64,000 bases of DNA. Origin: Octopus vulgaris. Its lineage: Eukaryota. Location: positions 200,818,001 through 200,882,000 of the forward strand of contig OX597815.1 of assembly GCA_951406725.2 (NCBI GenBank). Direction: 5' to 3'. Under the pieces are notes generated by a model. That model did no database searches, was not told where the DNA came from, and saw only the letters and a list, made by a program, of their open reading frames with translations. Made by a program: the position numbers and the translations under genes. Positions 14,217-27,329 of this stretch are shown in pieces (within the stretch, counting starts at the first letter, position 1; each line of letters opens with the position of its first letter).

Positions 14217-14541
14217 ATATTCCAGCTAAGTCTGATTTTCACGTTTTATTATTTTCAATCGTTCGAATTTTCCAATGTTCCAATTTTACAACGTTACAAT
14301 ATTGAAATAAACTAGTACTTTCATGCGCTACGCATTCATCAGGTTTATATGCTCACAGACGTGTTCCCCAAAATTAACTGTCAGTTGTGGAACTCTACTA
14401 TCACTATATAAACCTGATGATTGTTAAACGCATGAAAGTAAACACATAAAAGTACTAATTTATTTCAATATTGTTGAAGTTATAAAATTGTAAAAATTGG
14501 AAATAATAAAACGTAAAAAAATCAGTCAAAGTTGGAATTTC
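14217..14541. repeat. Inverted repeat (arms about 14217-14350 and 14406-14541) carrying hammerhead motifs; short PLE pLTR derivative
   Basis: TCATCAGGTTTATAT versus ATATAAACCTGATGA; ACAATATTGAAATAA versus TTATTTCAATATTGT. Confidence 0.75.
14308..14347 (-). ncRNA. Minimal type-I hammerhead ribozyme with intact core
   Basis: Reverse complement reads TAAAC-CTGATGA-ATGCG-TAG-CGCAT-GAAA-GTA-CTA-GTTTA. 5-bp stem I, 5-bp stem II, palindromic AGTACT stem III; predicted cut after CUA (14313/14312). Confidence 0.8.
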
Positions 14542-14741
14542 ATTGATTAATATATTGTTCCATTCACAATTATACAAATTCGGTAAATATACATGCACAG
14601 ACGCATACACACGCGTGCGCACACGTACACACACACATATATGTATATACATTCATTTAAATATATACATATATAGGCGTGGTTGTGAGGTAAGTAGCTT
14701 TCTTTTCAATCACGTGGCTCTCAAATTTATAAACTTGAATT

Positions 14742-14827
14742 ACTGTACTGAAGAGCGAGAATGATGAAGTGGAAATATGTTTTTTTGCATTTTTCACATC
14801 AATCCAACTCTGAAACGCGTCTATAGT
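14742..14827 (+). ncRNA. Hammerhead ribozyme motif with extended stem II
   Basis: ACTGTA-CTGAAGA(14748)-...-GAAAC-GC-GTC-TATAGT. 6-bp stem I (one wobble), palindromic ACGCGT stem III. Confidence 0.65.
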
Positions 14828-15112
14828 TAATCAAAGACGGGTGAATTCGTTATTTTTTCCCTTTGCCTACGTGGGTTATTGAGTATTGTCAGAGATTTTA
14901 TTATGGTAGAGAAATAACTAGTTTTGGTTGCTATTTCTAAATTTCGGTATGTGGTGAAGCAAATTTTTTTGATAAACCCTAATTATAATTCTACACATAA
15001 TCATAAAAAGAAATTGTTTAAGATTACCGATAATGGTTCTTTTAACACGCCGAATTGCTTGGTAAAATTATTTACTATTAATTAATTAGTTTTACCCTTT
15101 ATTATTATTGAT
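14742..15112 (+). mobile_element. PLE pLTR-like repeat ending at (TA)n; same family as 53610-53772
   Basis: Shares TTGCTATTTCTAAA..TTCGGT..GTGGT and CTTGGTAAAATTA...GTTTTACCCTTTTATTATT with 53610-53772. Confidence 0.55.
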
Positions 15113-15137
15113 TATATATATATATATATATATATAT

Positions 15138-15210
<73 letters not shown>

Positions 15211-15226
15211 CGTATGTATGTGTGTG

Positions 15227-15845
15227 TAGGGTGCGGTGAATCAATTTTCCTCCGAATCACGCAAATATGAAAATAACACTGACACCACATTTTAACAGAT
15301 ATATTTACCAAAATTAAATAAAGATTTCTTGAAATACTAATGAACAAAGTTATTCAACAAAATCGCCGTTGACGTGAGCCACGGTCTCGAGACGACTTCC
15401 AAATCTCCTGCAGATCTTCTGGACCGTGTCCTTCTTGAAGTTGGTGAATGCTGCCTTAATCTATGCTTTCAGTTCACTTAGATGTTACAAGGGCCTTTGA
15501 TGGTCTCTCGCTCAACTGAGCCCGATATATAATGATTAAGGAGGTTGTAGACTAAGGATTTAGCTGCCCAAATGTTATGGAAGATGTGGTCGCAGAAATT
15601 GTCTGACAGCCATGACTGTGTTCCCCTGCTTGTGTGGAATGATGCCGAGTCAGCCCTGTTGCCTGACATAGTGTCTTCCAGCAGTAACTCTCTTGACCCA
15701 AAGCAGCACTACCTCCTCCAGGCACTTGATGTGGGCTTCCGTGTTCATTCCCAAGCCGTGTAGGAAGCATAGCATGGCCATCACTAGTGATGACTCCAGA
15801 TACTTTAATGTTGCCTGGATGTTTAGTCTTTATCACTTCAGTACT
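15227..15845 (-). mobile_element. Decayed Tc1/mariner-superfamily transposase 3' half with terminus
   Basis: Fragments IKTKHPGNIKVSGVITSDGH and IWAAKSLVYNLLNHYISGSVERET (cf. WPPxSPDxNPLDYxxWGxxE). TAGGGTG terminus at 15227. Confidence 0.7.
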
Positions 15846-15929
15846 AGTGCTCAGACTGCACTGTCCTCAGATTGACACTCAAACACGTTATTTCACGTTG
15901 CTCCAGTCAACTCAGTTGGCAAAAATGTG

Positions 15930-16116
15930 TAATACCTGTATTTCAAAAGGCCAGCATTGTCATACTCTTTGCCACGCTGGATTTCCCTGAGAACTACTTT
16001 AAGGATACACTTGTCTGTAGAATGCTCAACCACTTGCACGGTATTTCACGAGCAAGCTGCTTCCTTGATCACGGTCAGGTTTGACCCTTGTCGTCGTAAC
16101 TGACAGAGTGCTCCTT
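15930..16116 (+). mobile_element. 3' module of SINE family B
   Basis: Matches the 12371-12555 tail (ACCTGTATTTCAAA...CACGAGCAAGCTG...GAGTGCTCC). Confidence 0.75.
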
Positions 16117-16125
16117 ATATGTGTA

Positions 16126-16188
<63 letters not shown>

Positions 16189-16592
16189 ATATAAGAAAAT
16201 AGTAAAGAGTGAAAAAACGACAGAAGGTTTAAATGTTAAAAAATATATATATTTGTGTCAAAATGTCTGGAGAATATTGGAAAAATTTTTTTCCTCCTTA
16301 AAATGACATAATTTTATAATTTTTAAAGAAATACCGGTTTCGCAGTTAGCTCTTCAAATTTCTTGTGACTTAATGTTTATTTTTAATAACGTTATTAAAA
16401 ATAAACATTAAGTCACAAGAAATTTGAAGAGCTAACTGCGAAACCGGTATTTCTTTAAAATTTATAAAATTATGTCATTTTAAGGAGGAAAAAAATTTTT
16501 CCAATATTCTCCAGACATTTTGACACAAATATATATATTTTTTAACATTTAAACCTTCTGTCGTTTTTTCACTCTTTACTATTTTCTTATAT
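16189..16592. repeat. Near-perfect spacerless 404-bp palindrome centred at 16390/16391; inverted PLE pLTR with hammerhead-like motif
   Basis: ...TTTTAATAAC|GTTATTAAAA... Right arm 16417-16455 reads AAGAAAT-TTGAAGA-GC-TAACT-GC-GAAAC-CG-GTA-TTTCTT. Confidence 0.85.
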
Positions 16593-16635
16593 ATTCACCC
16601 ACGTGCTTTACCAAACAAACTTTCTTATCTATCTA

Positions 16636-16687
<52 letters not shown>

Positions 16688-16696
16688 CATATATAT

Positions 16697-17940
16697 ATTG
16701 GGTGATCCCACAATAAATGCCATTTCTTAATGCTTCTTTTATTTTCCAAAATTAAGATAAACAAATTTGTTTTTAAATCGAAATTATACTCTCTTTTATT
16801 TTCTACAATGCTGTTCCATCTATCTTGCAAGACCCCTCCTTCCAAATTCACTTGTTCGCGATGAAAAATACTTCTCCAGTACTGTACTGACCTCGTATAC
16901 ACAATTCATATATTTTCTGCCCAAATGATTTTGAAGACTGCGTAATAAATGATAATCAGACAGAGCAATGTCCGACAATTATGAGATATTGTTTCCCATT
17001 CAAACTGCTCCATCATTGAAAATCCCATCCTCGCTGTATGTAACCAAGTATTATACTATGGCAGCACATCAAAGATGGTGGTTTTTCTGCTAGCTCTGAC
17101 TTAAGCCTCTCAGGCTGCTGGCAGTAGATCTCCTATGTTATCGTTTCGCTTAGGTTTAAAAGTTCAAAGTGGTCTAAACCTTTCGTATCCCACCAAAGAG
17201 ATAACAACACCTTACGTGGGTGAAGACCCTATTTAGCCTTGGATGCCGGTGTATCTCCTTTCCTTATCCACTCTCTTCGACACTCGACATTTTTATAGAC
17301 AACCCACTTCTCGTCACTAGTTACTATTTGGTCCAAAAAATGTTCATTCGTGAGACGTGACAGCAAAGAAGAGAACACATTCACTCACTACGCGCCTTTA
17401 GAATCGGAAGGTTTGTGCAGAATCGATTGACCCAACATACTGGTGTTTCGGATGGCACGCAGGACTTGTTGAATCGTTGAAAGAGCAAATCCAATCTTCC
17501 CTGCTAGTTCTTCAAGAGTTACGATGGCATTTTGTTCCACCAGGATTAGCGGGACATCCTCGTCGCTCTATGCCGATCTTTCTGGACGAGGCTCATTTTC
17601 TGGGTTGTAGTTCCCGTCTCGGAGCTTCTGCAACCACCGTCGACACTGGCTTACACTTCTTGTTCAATCTCCATATACTGCATTTATATTCCTCGCACTT
17701 TTCATTGAACTCATAAAGCAAAATATGCTGAATATGCTCCTTTGTTACTTCAATTATAGCTTTAAAAATATAATTGTTAAAATAGAACTGCAGTCTTCAA
17801 AGCTTGCACTAATAATAAGTATAAGGTAAATTTACTATCTGCTTTTATAGCAAGTTGATGCTAGTAGAATATCTCGTCCCCACCCCGACTTTAGTTACTG
17901 CAATTTAAAATACTGCATCATTTATGGGATGACACAACAC
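16697..17940 (-). mobile_element. Near full-length decayed mariner element
   Basis: Imperfect TIRs ATTGGGTGATCCCACAATAAATGC and (reverse complement) GTTGTGTCATCCCATAAATGATGC. Minus-strand peptides FLDQIVTSDEKWVVYKN (about 17290-17339), LHPRKVLLSLWWDTKG, SDIALSDYHL. About 1.25 kb, with stops and frameshifts. Confidence 0.9.
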
Positions 17941-17951
17941 ATAGATCCATG

Positions 17952-18025
<74 letters not shown>

Positions 18026-20839
18026 TGTGTAACCCATTTCTTTCTTTGAGAATAATTGCAATAATCTAAATAGCAATGGCATATAGCGTCTAAATACTTA
18101 ATAAACAAGATTGAGAAGTAGCATAAAATAAATTGTGTAATATAGCAGAATCTTCTCTCAATTACAACATTAAATGCATAAATGATAGTCTTACAGCCAC
18201 CCTCCATATATCTCAACTCACATATGATTATAGTATTTTAAATCGACATCGCATTCTATGCCTAATCAATATAATGGATGAGAGTTTATTTCCAAACTAA
18301 CATGAAGGATGAAATACATCAAGCAAGAATGAAGTACAAACGAATATGTCCAGTTTCCTTTGTAAGTATGCATATGCACGTCCATGTGTGTATGTGTTTG
18401 TGTGTGTGTGTATAAACAAAGGAATGCAGGTGACACAACTACGTATATTAATCAGTATCATTCATTTCAATAATCAGTAGAGTATTGTACATCAATCAAT
18501 AGGATAGTTTAAACAGATTATGCAGATCCATATATATAATTAAATTAAATTCCTCTAATCTTCTCTTCAGACAAGTTACAATGGTAACATTTAGCCACAT
18601 ACGGATTTGAAAGCGGAATTTTGTCAGTTAGTTAAATATAATAAAGAGGGAAGGATAAAGAAAACAATATCATGAATTATAAATAGCAACTGTCACGCTA
18701 TCAGAAATATGCTCAAGTGGGAAGACTATAGACAGCTCTTATTAGTTTTCAACTTTTAATCTCTTGTATACAATCAGGTCCACAAATAATGATAAGCCAG
18801 GAATACTCTAATTTATTGTGTGGTGAGACTAAAGGTGGTATGTTAACATATTAGGAATAGAAGCGATAGAGTTAAAAGAGGTTTTATACTATATATTCTC
18901 AGAACAGTGCCGGGAACAGAATGAGAAAAAAAAGGATAAACAAAATATTCCAGGATGAATATAAGGCAGCAAATTATAATAAAGACAATAAACGGAAAAT
19001 CTAGAACAGGATATAGTTATGAGATGAATAAGAGTATGGTCAGAAAAGCTTAGATATCTTACGATTGAACTAATTTAATTGATTAGTTACGAAAGCAATT
19101 ATTATAGCCGGGATACTGGAGAAATGAAAGGCATTCTATATATTCAATAGTAAACGAAAGGGATGAGAAGTCTGTACTTAACAATATTTAATCTAATGAA
19201 ACTGGAATTTTTAAGATTGGTTTAGTGAATTTATCGAAGCACTAAATCAATGATTCGTTGCGTTTGTTAATTTGATGATACTTACACTTAAGAAACGCCC
19301 GTCCTTTCATAGAACCTAGACTGCTGCTATCATATCTGTTATTTATGGAAGACCTGTAGGTATTTCTGCCTATAATATTGAGTAACTCACATTTCTTGTT
19401 TCGTTGTCTGAAACAAAATTATCTAGCGCGGTGCTAAGTTCGTTTTGGATTTGGAAAGGATTGTACATGATTTAGAAACCTATGTTTGATTTTGCACCAG
19501 AGAATACTTATATAGTATCACACTTTAAAGATTAATTTAATTCTAAAATATTATTTATAAAAGATAGTATTTATTTAAAGGGTACTGGGATAAAAACATT
19601 AACCCAATATAAACTATGCAATGAATCAATAAATAATAATACTTTTCCAAGGGGGAAATATATACCGTAGTACTATCTACACAAGACTAAGATATAATAT
19701 TCATTTATAACGTAGGGCTACGATTCTTACACGAATAATTAAAGACTTCTTTCGTACTACACTTGCTGCTTATTGGTTCATTATTAATTACTTCCCAGCG
19801 TTATATTTTTACTGTATTTTGTCGCAGTAACTAGATAAATATATACTATTCACAAATGGATTTTGATTGTATTCCTTACACAAATAATTAAGGACAAATT
19901 TCGCATTATAATTACTGTTTATGTTCTCCCAATTAATTACTTTCCTATAATAATCGCTAATTTTTTTGCAGTGACGTTTCAAGTTTTCTATATCTACTAG
20001 AGAAGGAAATATTTTTTTCTTTTTCAATCTCATGAAGGAAATAACCGGTAATTTATGAGACAATATGAATTCTAAAAATGCGTAGTTTTTTTAATGAAAA
20101 CCTCTTTCACCCAACCTCTTTCTACTTGTTGAAGTTTACTGTGAAGAATATGATTAATCACACATTCACTCATTTCTCTGCGTTTATACTATGATTACTG
20201 CGTTTCGAACATTGCTTGTAAATGGTAGGTGTAAATCTACTTGTAGTAGATTTACTCTTACCATATCATCCGGATTTGGATGACGGCTTCCTAGTAAACT
20301 ATAGATCTTCATAGTATCATTGCTCCATTCCTCATTATAGCTGATTGGGAATACCGTCTCAGTAAATTATTTTGGGTTGTGTTAGCACGTTAGCTTTGAA
20401 CATGTGATTAACATTATTCCTTCTATTGTTCCAACTATTGTAATAAAACTTCTCTAAATCAAATGTATTATGATATATATTTTCTTAAGAATATGCATCA
20501 TAATATTTACGCTTCGACCGGGATGTAAAGAGGTCTTCAGTACATACTGTCCTTGTTGAAGTGATAGAACTCTATATTTTGAGCGATGATTGCATCATTA
20601 TTGGAAGATATGGCTATTCTTGATGAAACCACTTTTTAAGAAAGACTTAGTTCCTGCTCTAGGGCAAATAGACATCTTTAGCATATTATATATTCTTATT
20701 GCTTTTATACTGCGTATGATATAGGCTTTGATTAAGGCCTGGCATTACATCTACGAAATTAGTTACTTTACAGATATTTCCAAACGTTAAAGAAGTCCCA
20801 AAGTAGTAGAAGAAATTTTTATGCGCCTACTTATTTATT

Positions 20840-21015
20840 ACTCCATCGGTTACAACGAAAAACTTCCAACTTACTCGTGAAAAATACGAGCAAGTGGCAG
20901 AGAACTCTTAATGTACTTCTCAGGGAGATTCATGTGACACAAGAGATCACAATGCTAGCTCTTTGAAATACATGTAATACTCATTTTTCCCACCTGACTG
21001 GACTGGAGTAACGTG
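20840..21015 (-). mobile_element. Degraded SINE family B tail
   Basis: AGGGAGATTCATGTGACACAAGAG...CTTTGAAATACA resembles 12498-12550. Confidence 0.5.
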
Positions 21016-21507
21016 AAAAGATCGAGCTCCCGACATTATAATACCCTAAGCATTAAACATTAGCAGAATACCATAAACATTAAATCACTCGCCTTCACAT
21101 ATTACTACAGTTGTAGAAAGTGAAAAGGTTGTCATTCCTCTGTAAACCAGTCGCTACTTCCGATAATACCACATAACTCTTGCCAATATTCAAATTCTTA
21201 AGTCTGGTCATTTCAAAACCATTCAAAAATGCAATTTTCATTTTTGCTCATAAAGTGTCTACTTCTTTTTTAGATCATTTCGATTTTCTCGTTCTCAAAT
21301 TTAGAGATGCGACGAGACGAATTGGATTAATAGAGGATTAGTAGCCATTTCCATAAATTATTCCATTTTTTCAGAGCTCTAAACCTTAAACCCCATCACC
21401 TATTCGGTGTTATTATATTATACTCAACTTCCGTTCAAAACACGTGTAAACGTGTAAATTCTCTTTCACATAACTATTTAAAAAATCTATTTAGATAAGC
21501 CAAAATT

Positions 21508-21531
21508 ATCTATCTATCTCACTATCTATTG

Positions 21532-21607
<76 letters not shown>

Positions 21608-21655
21608 GTCTATCTATCTCTACACACACACACGCACACATACACACATATATAA

Positions 21656-21706
<51 letters not shown>

Positions 21707-21721
21707 TACATATACATATAT

Positions 21722-21752
<31 letters not shown>

Positions 21753-21765
21753 TACATATATATAA
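21508..21765. repeat. (TATC)n/(CA)n/(TA)n microsatellite block
   Basis: Directly visible. Confidence 0.95.
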
Positions 21766-21849
21766 ACAATAAATGAAATAAAGAGATGCAGTGAAATAAT
21801 TAATTTATGTTAAAAAAAAAATACTATCAATATAATATAAAGTAAATAA

Positions 21850-21886
<37 letters not shown>

Positions 21887-22395
21887 GTATATATAGTGTA
21901 TATAGTATATATACACCTCTCTACATATATACACCTAGTATAAAATTAATGTATGTATATATATGTAAGAGGAAGATATACATAGATATGTGTGAGTGTG
22001 TATGTAGGGGTGTGTGTGTGAGTGTGTGTGGTATCTGGGGTGTATGTATATATACCGGTATAGGAAACAATAAGACGTCGCCTAATCATTAGCTCTGAGT
22101 GCAAAGCTTCAGAAACTAGTGATATTTGTCGGTTCTAAAGAGTGTAATATTAATTAGTGTGTCGCTAATTAATGCTTTCTAAACGCCGTAGAATTTAGTC
22201 TGAAACATCCCGATATTGAATTCTGAGAATTAGCTAATAATGTTACTGTGACTAAGTGCAATCTTCATAGGTATATAGACATGGAAATACACACGCACAT
22301 ATATATACATATACATATATGTATAAATCCTTGAATCCTTAAAAATGTTTTAGCCCGAAAGCCGCGGCCATGCTGGGGCACCAACGCTTGTATTT

Positions 22396-22481
<86 letters not shown>

Positions 22482-22553
22482 TCTTACAGGATACACGCCA
22501 CAGAAAGGAAGAATGGAATAGACATAAAAGGAAGAGTCATATGGGATGGAGAG

Positions 22554-22594
22554 TCTCTGAAGAGGTCTCAGGATAGGAGACGAAAGGTTTCAGA
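22554..22594 (+). ncRNA. Hammerhead ribozyme motif
   Basis: TCT-CTGAAGA-G-GTCTC-AGGATAG-GAGAC-GAAA-GGT-TTC-AGA. 3-bp stem I, 5-bp stem II, weak stem III. Confidence 0.55.
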
Positions 22595-22651
22595 GAAAAG
22601 ACAATAAAATAAGAATAATAACGTAGGCGAAATGAAGAAATATATACACAC

Positions 22652-22813
22652 AGGCGCAGGAGTGGCTGTGTGGTAAGTAGCTTGTTTACCAGCCCCATGG
22701 TTCCGGGTTCAGTCCCACTGCGTGGCACTTTGCGCAAGTTTCTTCTACTATAGCCTCGGGCCGACCAAAGCCTTGTGAGTGGATTTGGTAGAGGAAACTG
22801 AAAGAAGCCTGTC

Positions 22814-22873
<60 letters not shown>

Positions 22874-23095
22874 AGATGTGTGTAGATGTTTGTCCCCCTA
22901 GCATTGCTTGACAACCGATGCTGGTGTGTTTATGTCCCCATTACTTAGCGGTTCGGCAAAAGAGACCGATAGAATAAGTACTGGGCTTACAAAAGAATAA
23001 GTCCGGGGGTCGAGTTGCTCGATTAAAGGCAGTGCTCCAGCATGGCCGCAGTCAAATGACTGAAACAAGTAAAATAGTAAAAGAGTAAAGAGAGT
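22652..23095 (+). mobile_element. Octopus SINE, family A (most complete copy)
   Basis: Full head, internal (TA)n, both 3' modules and AAAAGAGT tail. Confidence 0.92.
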
Positions 23096-24334
23096 GCGTG
23101 TGGTTAAGTACGACCATTCCCAAATTTAACACTGTATTATATTAATTGTCTGTAAATAATTTACTTAATGAAAAATAAATTGACATAGAGGAAATGACTT
23201 AAGAGAGCGTATAACATAAATTTAAACATATCACATATATTTAAACAGTTTAAATTGTGTTCAGTTTGATTTAAATTCTTTGTGGAAACTTCCATCAAAG
23301 TTGTAGAAATTAAACAAAAAGCTATCGACCTTATTTCCGGTACCTCAAAGGAAATAGTTGATAACTAGTTATATGTATGAATGTGAGTATGCGTGTACAT
23401 ATTCTAGTATGTTTAGTGTCTTTCAATCTATATAGCTTTATTTTCGTATGTCTATTCATAAATATCTACAAATGCATCATCGATCCGGTGATTCATACAT
23501 AATTATTTGCAGAGACATAGTAATTGGCAATTGTATCAATATGTGTAAGCGGCTGTATATGTGTTTTTTTTCTTCATTCGAGGACAGAAATCATACGTAT
23601 ACACTTATATGGCGTCTATGTATATGAATACATTAGCTGAGAAATTATTTTACGTTGTTTATATTTAGATGCATATAAAGCACTTAAGCAAGGATGATTG
23701 TGGAATGATCGATAGTCTTTTCTTTATGAACTAGCCTAGTAAATTGGCATCTATCAATAGGATAATAAAATTGGCACTTGAAAACTTAATATTTGAACGA
23801 CGCACTAATTCATTCGTTTGAAGTCAAGTTTATTGTATTGAATTTCCAGACATTGCATTCCTTTTCTTCATAAGATATGGTTTTGCTCTATGCTATTACA
23901 TAGAATCAACTAGAACGTACAAATAAATGGTCTACAGTGTGATCAGCTGCTAAATATTGGTTATTGATTCCAGCAACTCAAATGCGTTTCTAATATGCCC
24001 GCACAGATGAAACAACAACAAAACTATTTATAGAATTATTTCTAGCAAATAGAAATTACCTTGAAATAAAATATTTCTTGTAACACTTGTCTAGATTTTT
24101 CAGTGCATTAACTTTTAATATTTTGTTTATTCCTATACCATTTAAAGTATTCGTAGTTTTTGAAGGGCGGCGGTTGGGTCGTAAATACACACTTTTTCAT
24201 AAAATATTTTCATATTTGATATCGATGAAAGTTTACACATGTATAACCAAACATAATGAGCGACAAACGCAAGCACAAATCACATATACGCATACATAGA
24301 TACAACATACGTACATATATACACACAAGCACAC

Positions 24335-24393
<59 letters not shown>

Positions 24394-24684
24394 CATACAT
24401 TTGTTCATATGGCATGTATATGTTTGTAATCAATTCCCACATATACGTAAGCCCGTATGTATGTACATATATATATATATGTTTAAAATTTATACGCACA
24501 CATATTGTGTTGTATTGTATGCATATAACTTCAATGCGCAAGTTTCTCTCAATGCACTTTAGAGCTGTGTATGGATTTTATTGGAGATTTAGTAATACCA
24601 ACGGTTTGAACCTGCATGATAAGAGACGTCTAGTTTAGAAAAGTTATATTGGCCACACGGATACACACATACACACACATACAT

Positions 24685-24916
24685 ATTTCTTTACTACCCA
24701 CAAGGGGCTTAACACGGAGGGGACAAACAAGGACAAACAAACGGATTAAGTCGATTATATCGACCCCAGTGCGTAACTGGTACTTATTTAATCGACCCCG
24801 AAAAGATGAAAGGCAAAGTCGACCTCGGTGGAATTTGAACTCAGAATGTAACGGTAGACGAAATACCGCTAAGCATTTCGCCCGGCGTGCTAACGATTCT
24901 GCCAGCTCGCCGCCTT
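24685..24916 (-). mobile_element. SINE family C
   Basis: Reverse complement GGCGGCGAGCTGGCAGAATCGTTAGC...GAGTTCAAATTCC...GTCGACTTTGCCTTTCATC...GGGGTCGAT. Matches 35659-35889. Confidence 0.88.
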
Positions 24917-25371
24917 AGAATACACACACATACAGACGCAGTCAACACCCCCATCATAAACACCCGCATACACGCTTTTTACACTACAGTTCTTCAGCCT
25001 CATGTGGGCACAGAACGATCAATCGTTTCACTACGAGAAAGCAAGCAGTTAAAGGAGTAGTTTGGACTTCATGAATCATATATGAATGAAAAACCTCTCT
25101 CAGCCGAATTTAAAGATAGAATTCACAAGTAGCTAGAAAATTTTACATCTCTTTCCCGATTGCCGAAAATACATTAAATTTACTAATTGCATGGATTATC
25201 TCAGTTAATTAAGTTATTATAATTCGATGCTTCTCATACTATACAATAACTTATATATATTAAGTTTGCAAAGCATTTACGCTAACATTTAACTCATCCT
25301 TATTGCTGTAGTCATAGATGTATGCGGACGTTCACAATGTATATATGTATGTATAAATATATATATGAATG

Positions 25372-25415
<44 letters not shown>

Positions 25416-25439
25416 TGTATGTATGTGTGTATATATATA

Positions 25440-25650
25440 TAGTTAATCCAAACAAGAAAGCACAAAAAAATCACAACGACGCGAGGACGTGGAACAAATA
25501 TAGTATTTATTGAACGCTCAGGAAAGAAGGAAAGAAGGAGGGTTTAACGTCTCGAGCGGAGCTCTTCGTCGGAAACATAGGAGAAGGAAAGATACAGAGA
25601 AGGGAAGACAGAGGGAAAAAATCACCAACGGTACACACGCGATCACATGT
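25440..25650 (-). mobile_element. Short PLE pLTR-like repeat with degenerate minimal hammerhead (25542-25576)
   Basis: Reverse complement GTTT-CCGACGA-A-GAGC-TCC-GCTC-GAGAC-GTT-AAAC; abuts a TA-rich tract. Confidence 0.6.
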
Positions 25651-27329
25651 ATGTATTCTTAACACACACAACAAAGCCTTCACAACGCGTAAACACATTC
25701 TTCCGCACTTTTAACTTCTTCCATACATCCGAATGTAAATTCAGACCCCAAGAATAACCTTCACATAGAAAGCTCCATGATCGTCAGCACATACTTCTGT
25801 GTATCTCTTCTATAAACTTTACCTCATCACTTTTAATTATTTAATTTAAAATCTTAACCTAATAATTCCCCTAATATTTAATTCTAACCCTTATTCCAAA
25901 ATAATTTTACATTCAACTGGTTTCTCCATTCCCGGCTACCGACACGCCCATACCCCATTGCTAAACATATTTCTACAGCCACTGACCGTAGCCATAAAGC
26001 GGACAAAATCACTTACTACTAGATTTCCTCCCCTACCTCTACAGTCTACATGAATACCACTCGGACCCACTATTCTCTTTGAATGCCTTCCATTTTACTT
26101 TTGTTTTGTTTTTCATATTATCGTCCTTTACCTCCCCTCCTCTCTATTTACCCTTATATATTTATTTATTCATCTTCTGGGTTATTGTTGTACACTATAT
26201 TCGTATATAACTTATTTTATATCATACTTAATGCCAATTCTGAATTTCCTCTCTCAATATCTCTCCCTCTCTTTCTATTTATTTTTCGTTCTTTTTATCA
26301 TTTAATAGCCACCCTCGCTACTAATTCTCTTATATAACCTTGATACGCGCGCGTCTATTTCTGGATATTTACAATATCAGGACTTCAAACTACATTGATT
26401 TACACAGAATTACCCTTAGGGCTTACGGACTTAATTCTACATGATCAGAAATTTGTACTATGAACATTTATGCTTCTTATTTTCTCTTTCTTCATCCTGT
26501 AAGAGGGTATTACAGAAACTCAGAGGAAATAACAGAAACTTATATGAACATTTAATTTAACACATATTCATTATACTTATTAACATGTGGGATAAATTAC
26601 ACGTAGTTATCAACAGGCCATAAACTGCATCACTTGTGCTGTTAATCGTTGAATGGTTCTCACTACTAAATATACAGGTTTATCGCAAAGTAAATATAAA
26701 TACTTCATTTTCGGTAGCTAGATTAACGAGCGACACCACGCAAGGAAACTTAAACATCGTTTTATCCCGAGGTATTAATATGAATCCAAATCAAGCTTTA
26801 AATCGGTAACGATGGTTGTTTGAAGTAGGTCTAGCCTCCGTCCATTTACCTCCACCATCTTGTATAACACCTAACTATTTAATGACAATCTGTTTAAAGT
26901 GCAAGCATAAGCATGTGAAGAAATACAACAAAGGATATTGGATTGCTTTATTGATTACATTTTTTTAGCTGAAACCGTGTCGTTTATTATTCCATGTCCA
27001 TTCATACATACCAATATATTCTTGGAAATCAAACAGATTCTTTTCATTTTGTTTCTCTATGTTCGACGCATTAGTGTGTAAAGTTGTGTTGCGATCCATA
27101 TCTTAAATTGCATAAGAATGTGTTTGCGACACCGTCCTTTGAGGTCACATCAGTGTCATATATATATATATATATATATACTTATACATACTAATACGTA
27201 CTAATACATACTAATACATACACCAACCCCATACATACGCCTGTCTAGACCTATCCTAGGGCCATTCAACCCTATTATCAACCCTATTATCTCCCCTTAT
27301 TTCGCTCTCGCGTCTCATGTTTGATCTTT

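Noticed and set aside
18302-18367. ATG-initiated 20-codon frame ending at GTAAGT on the plus strand
   Set aside because: No partner exon or recognisable peptide; expected by chance.
20231-20255. Perfect 11-bp hairpin GTAAATCTACT/AGTAGATTTAC (similar 12-bp hairpin at 3978-4013)
   Set aside because: Isolated, with no supporting context.
19809-20560. 84-aa ORF plus faint RT-like (DGIP, PDD) and hammerhead-like (CTGAAGACC...GGTCGAAGCGTA) fragments on the minus strand
   Set aside because: Too degenerate; stems and motifs are incomplete.
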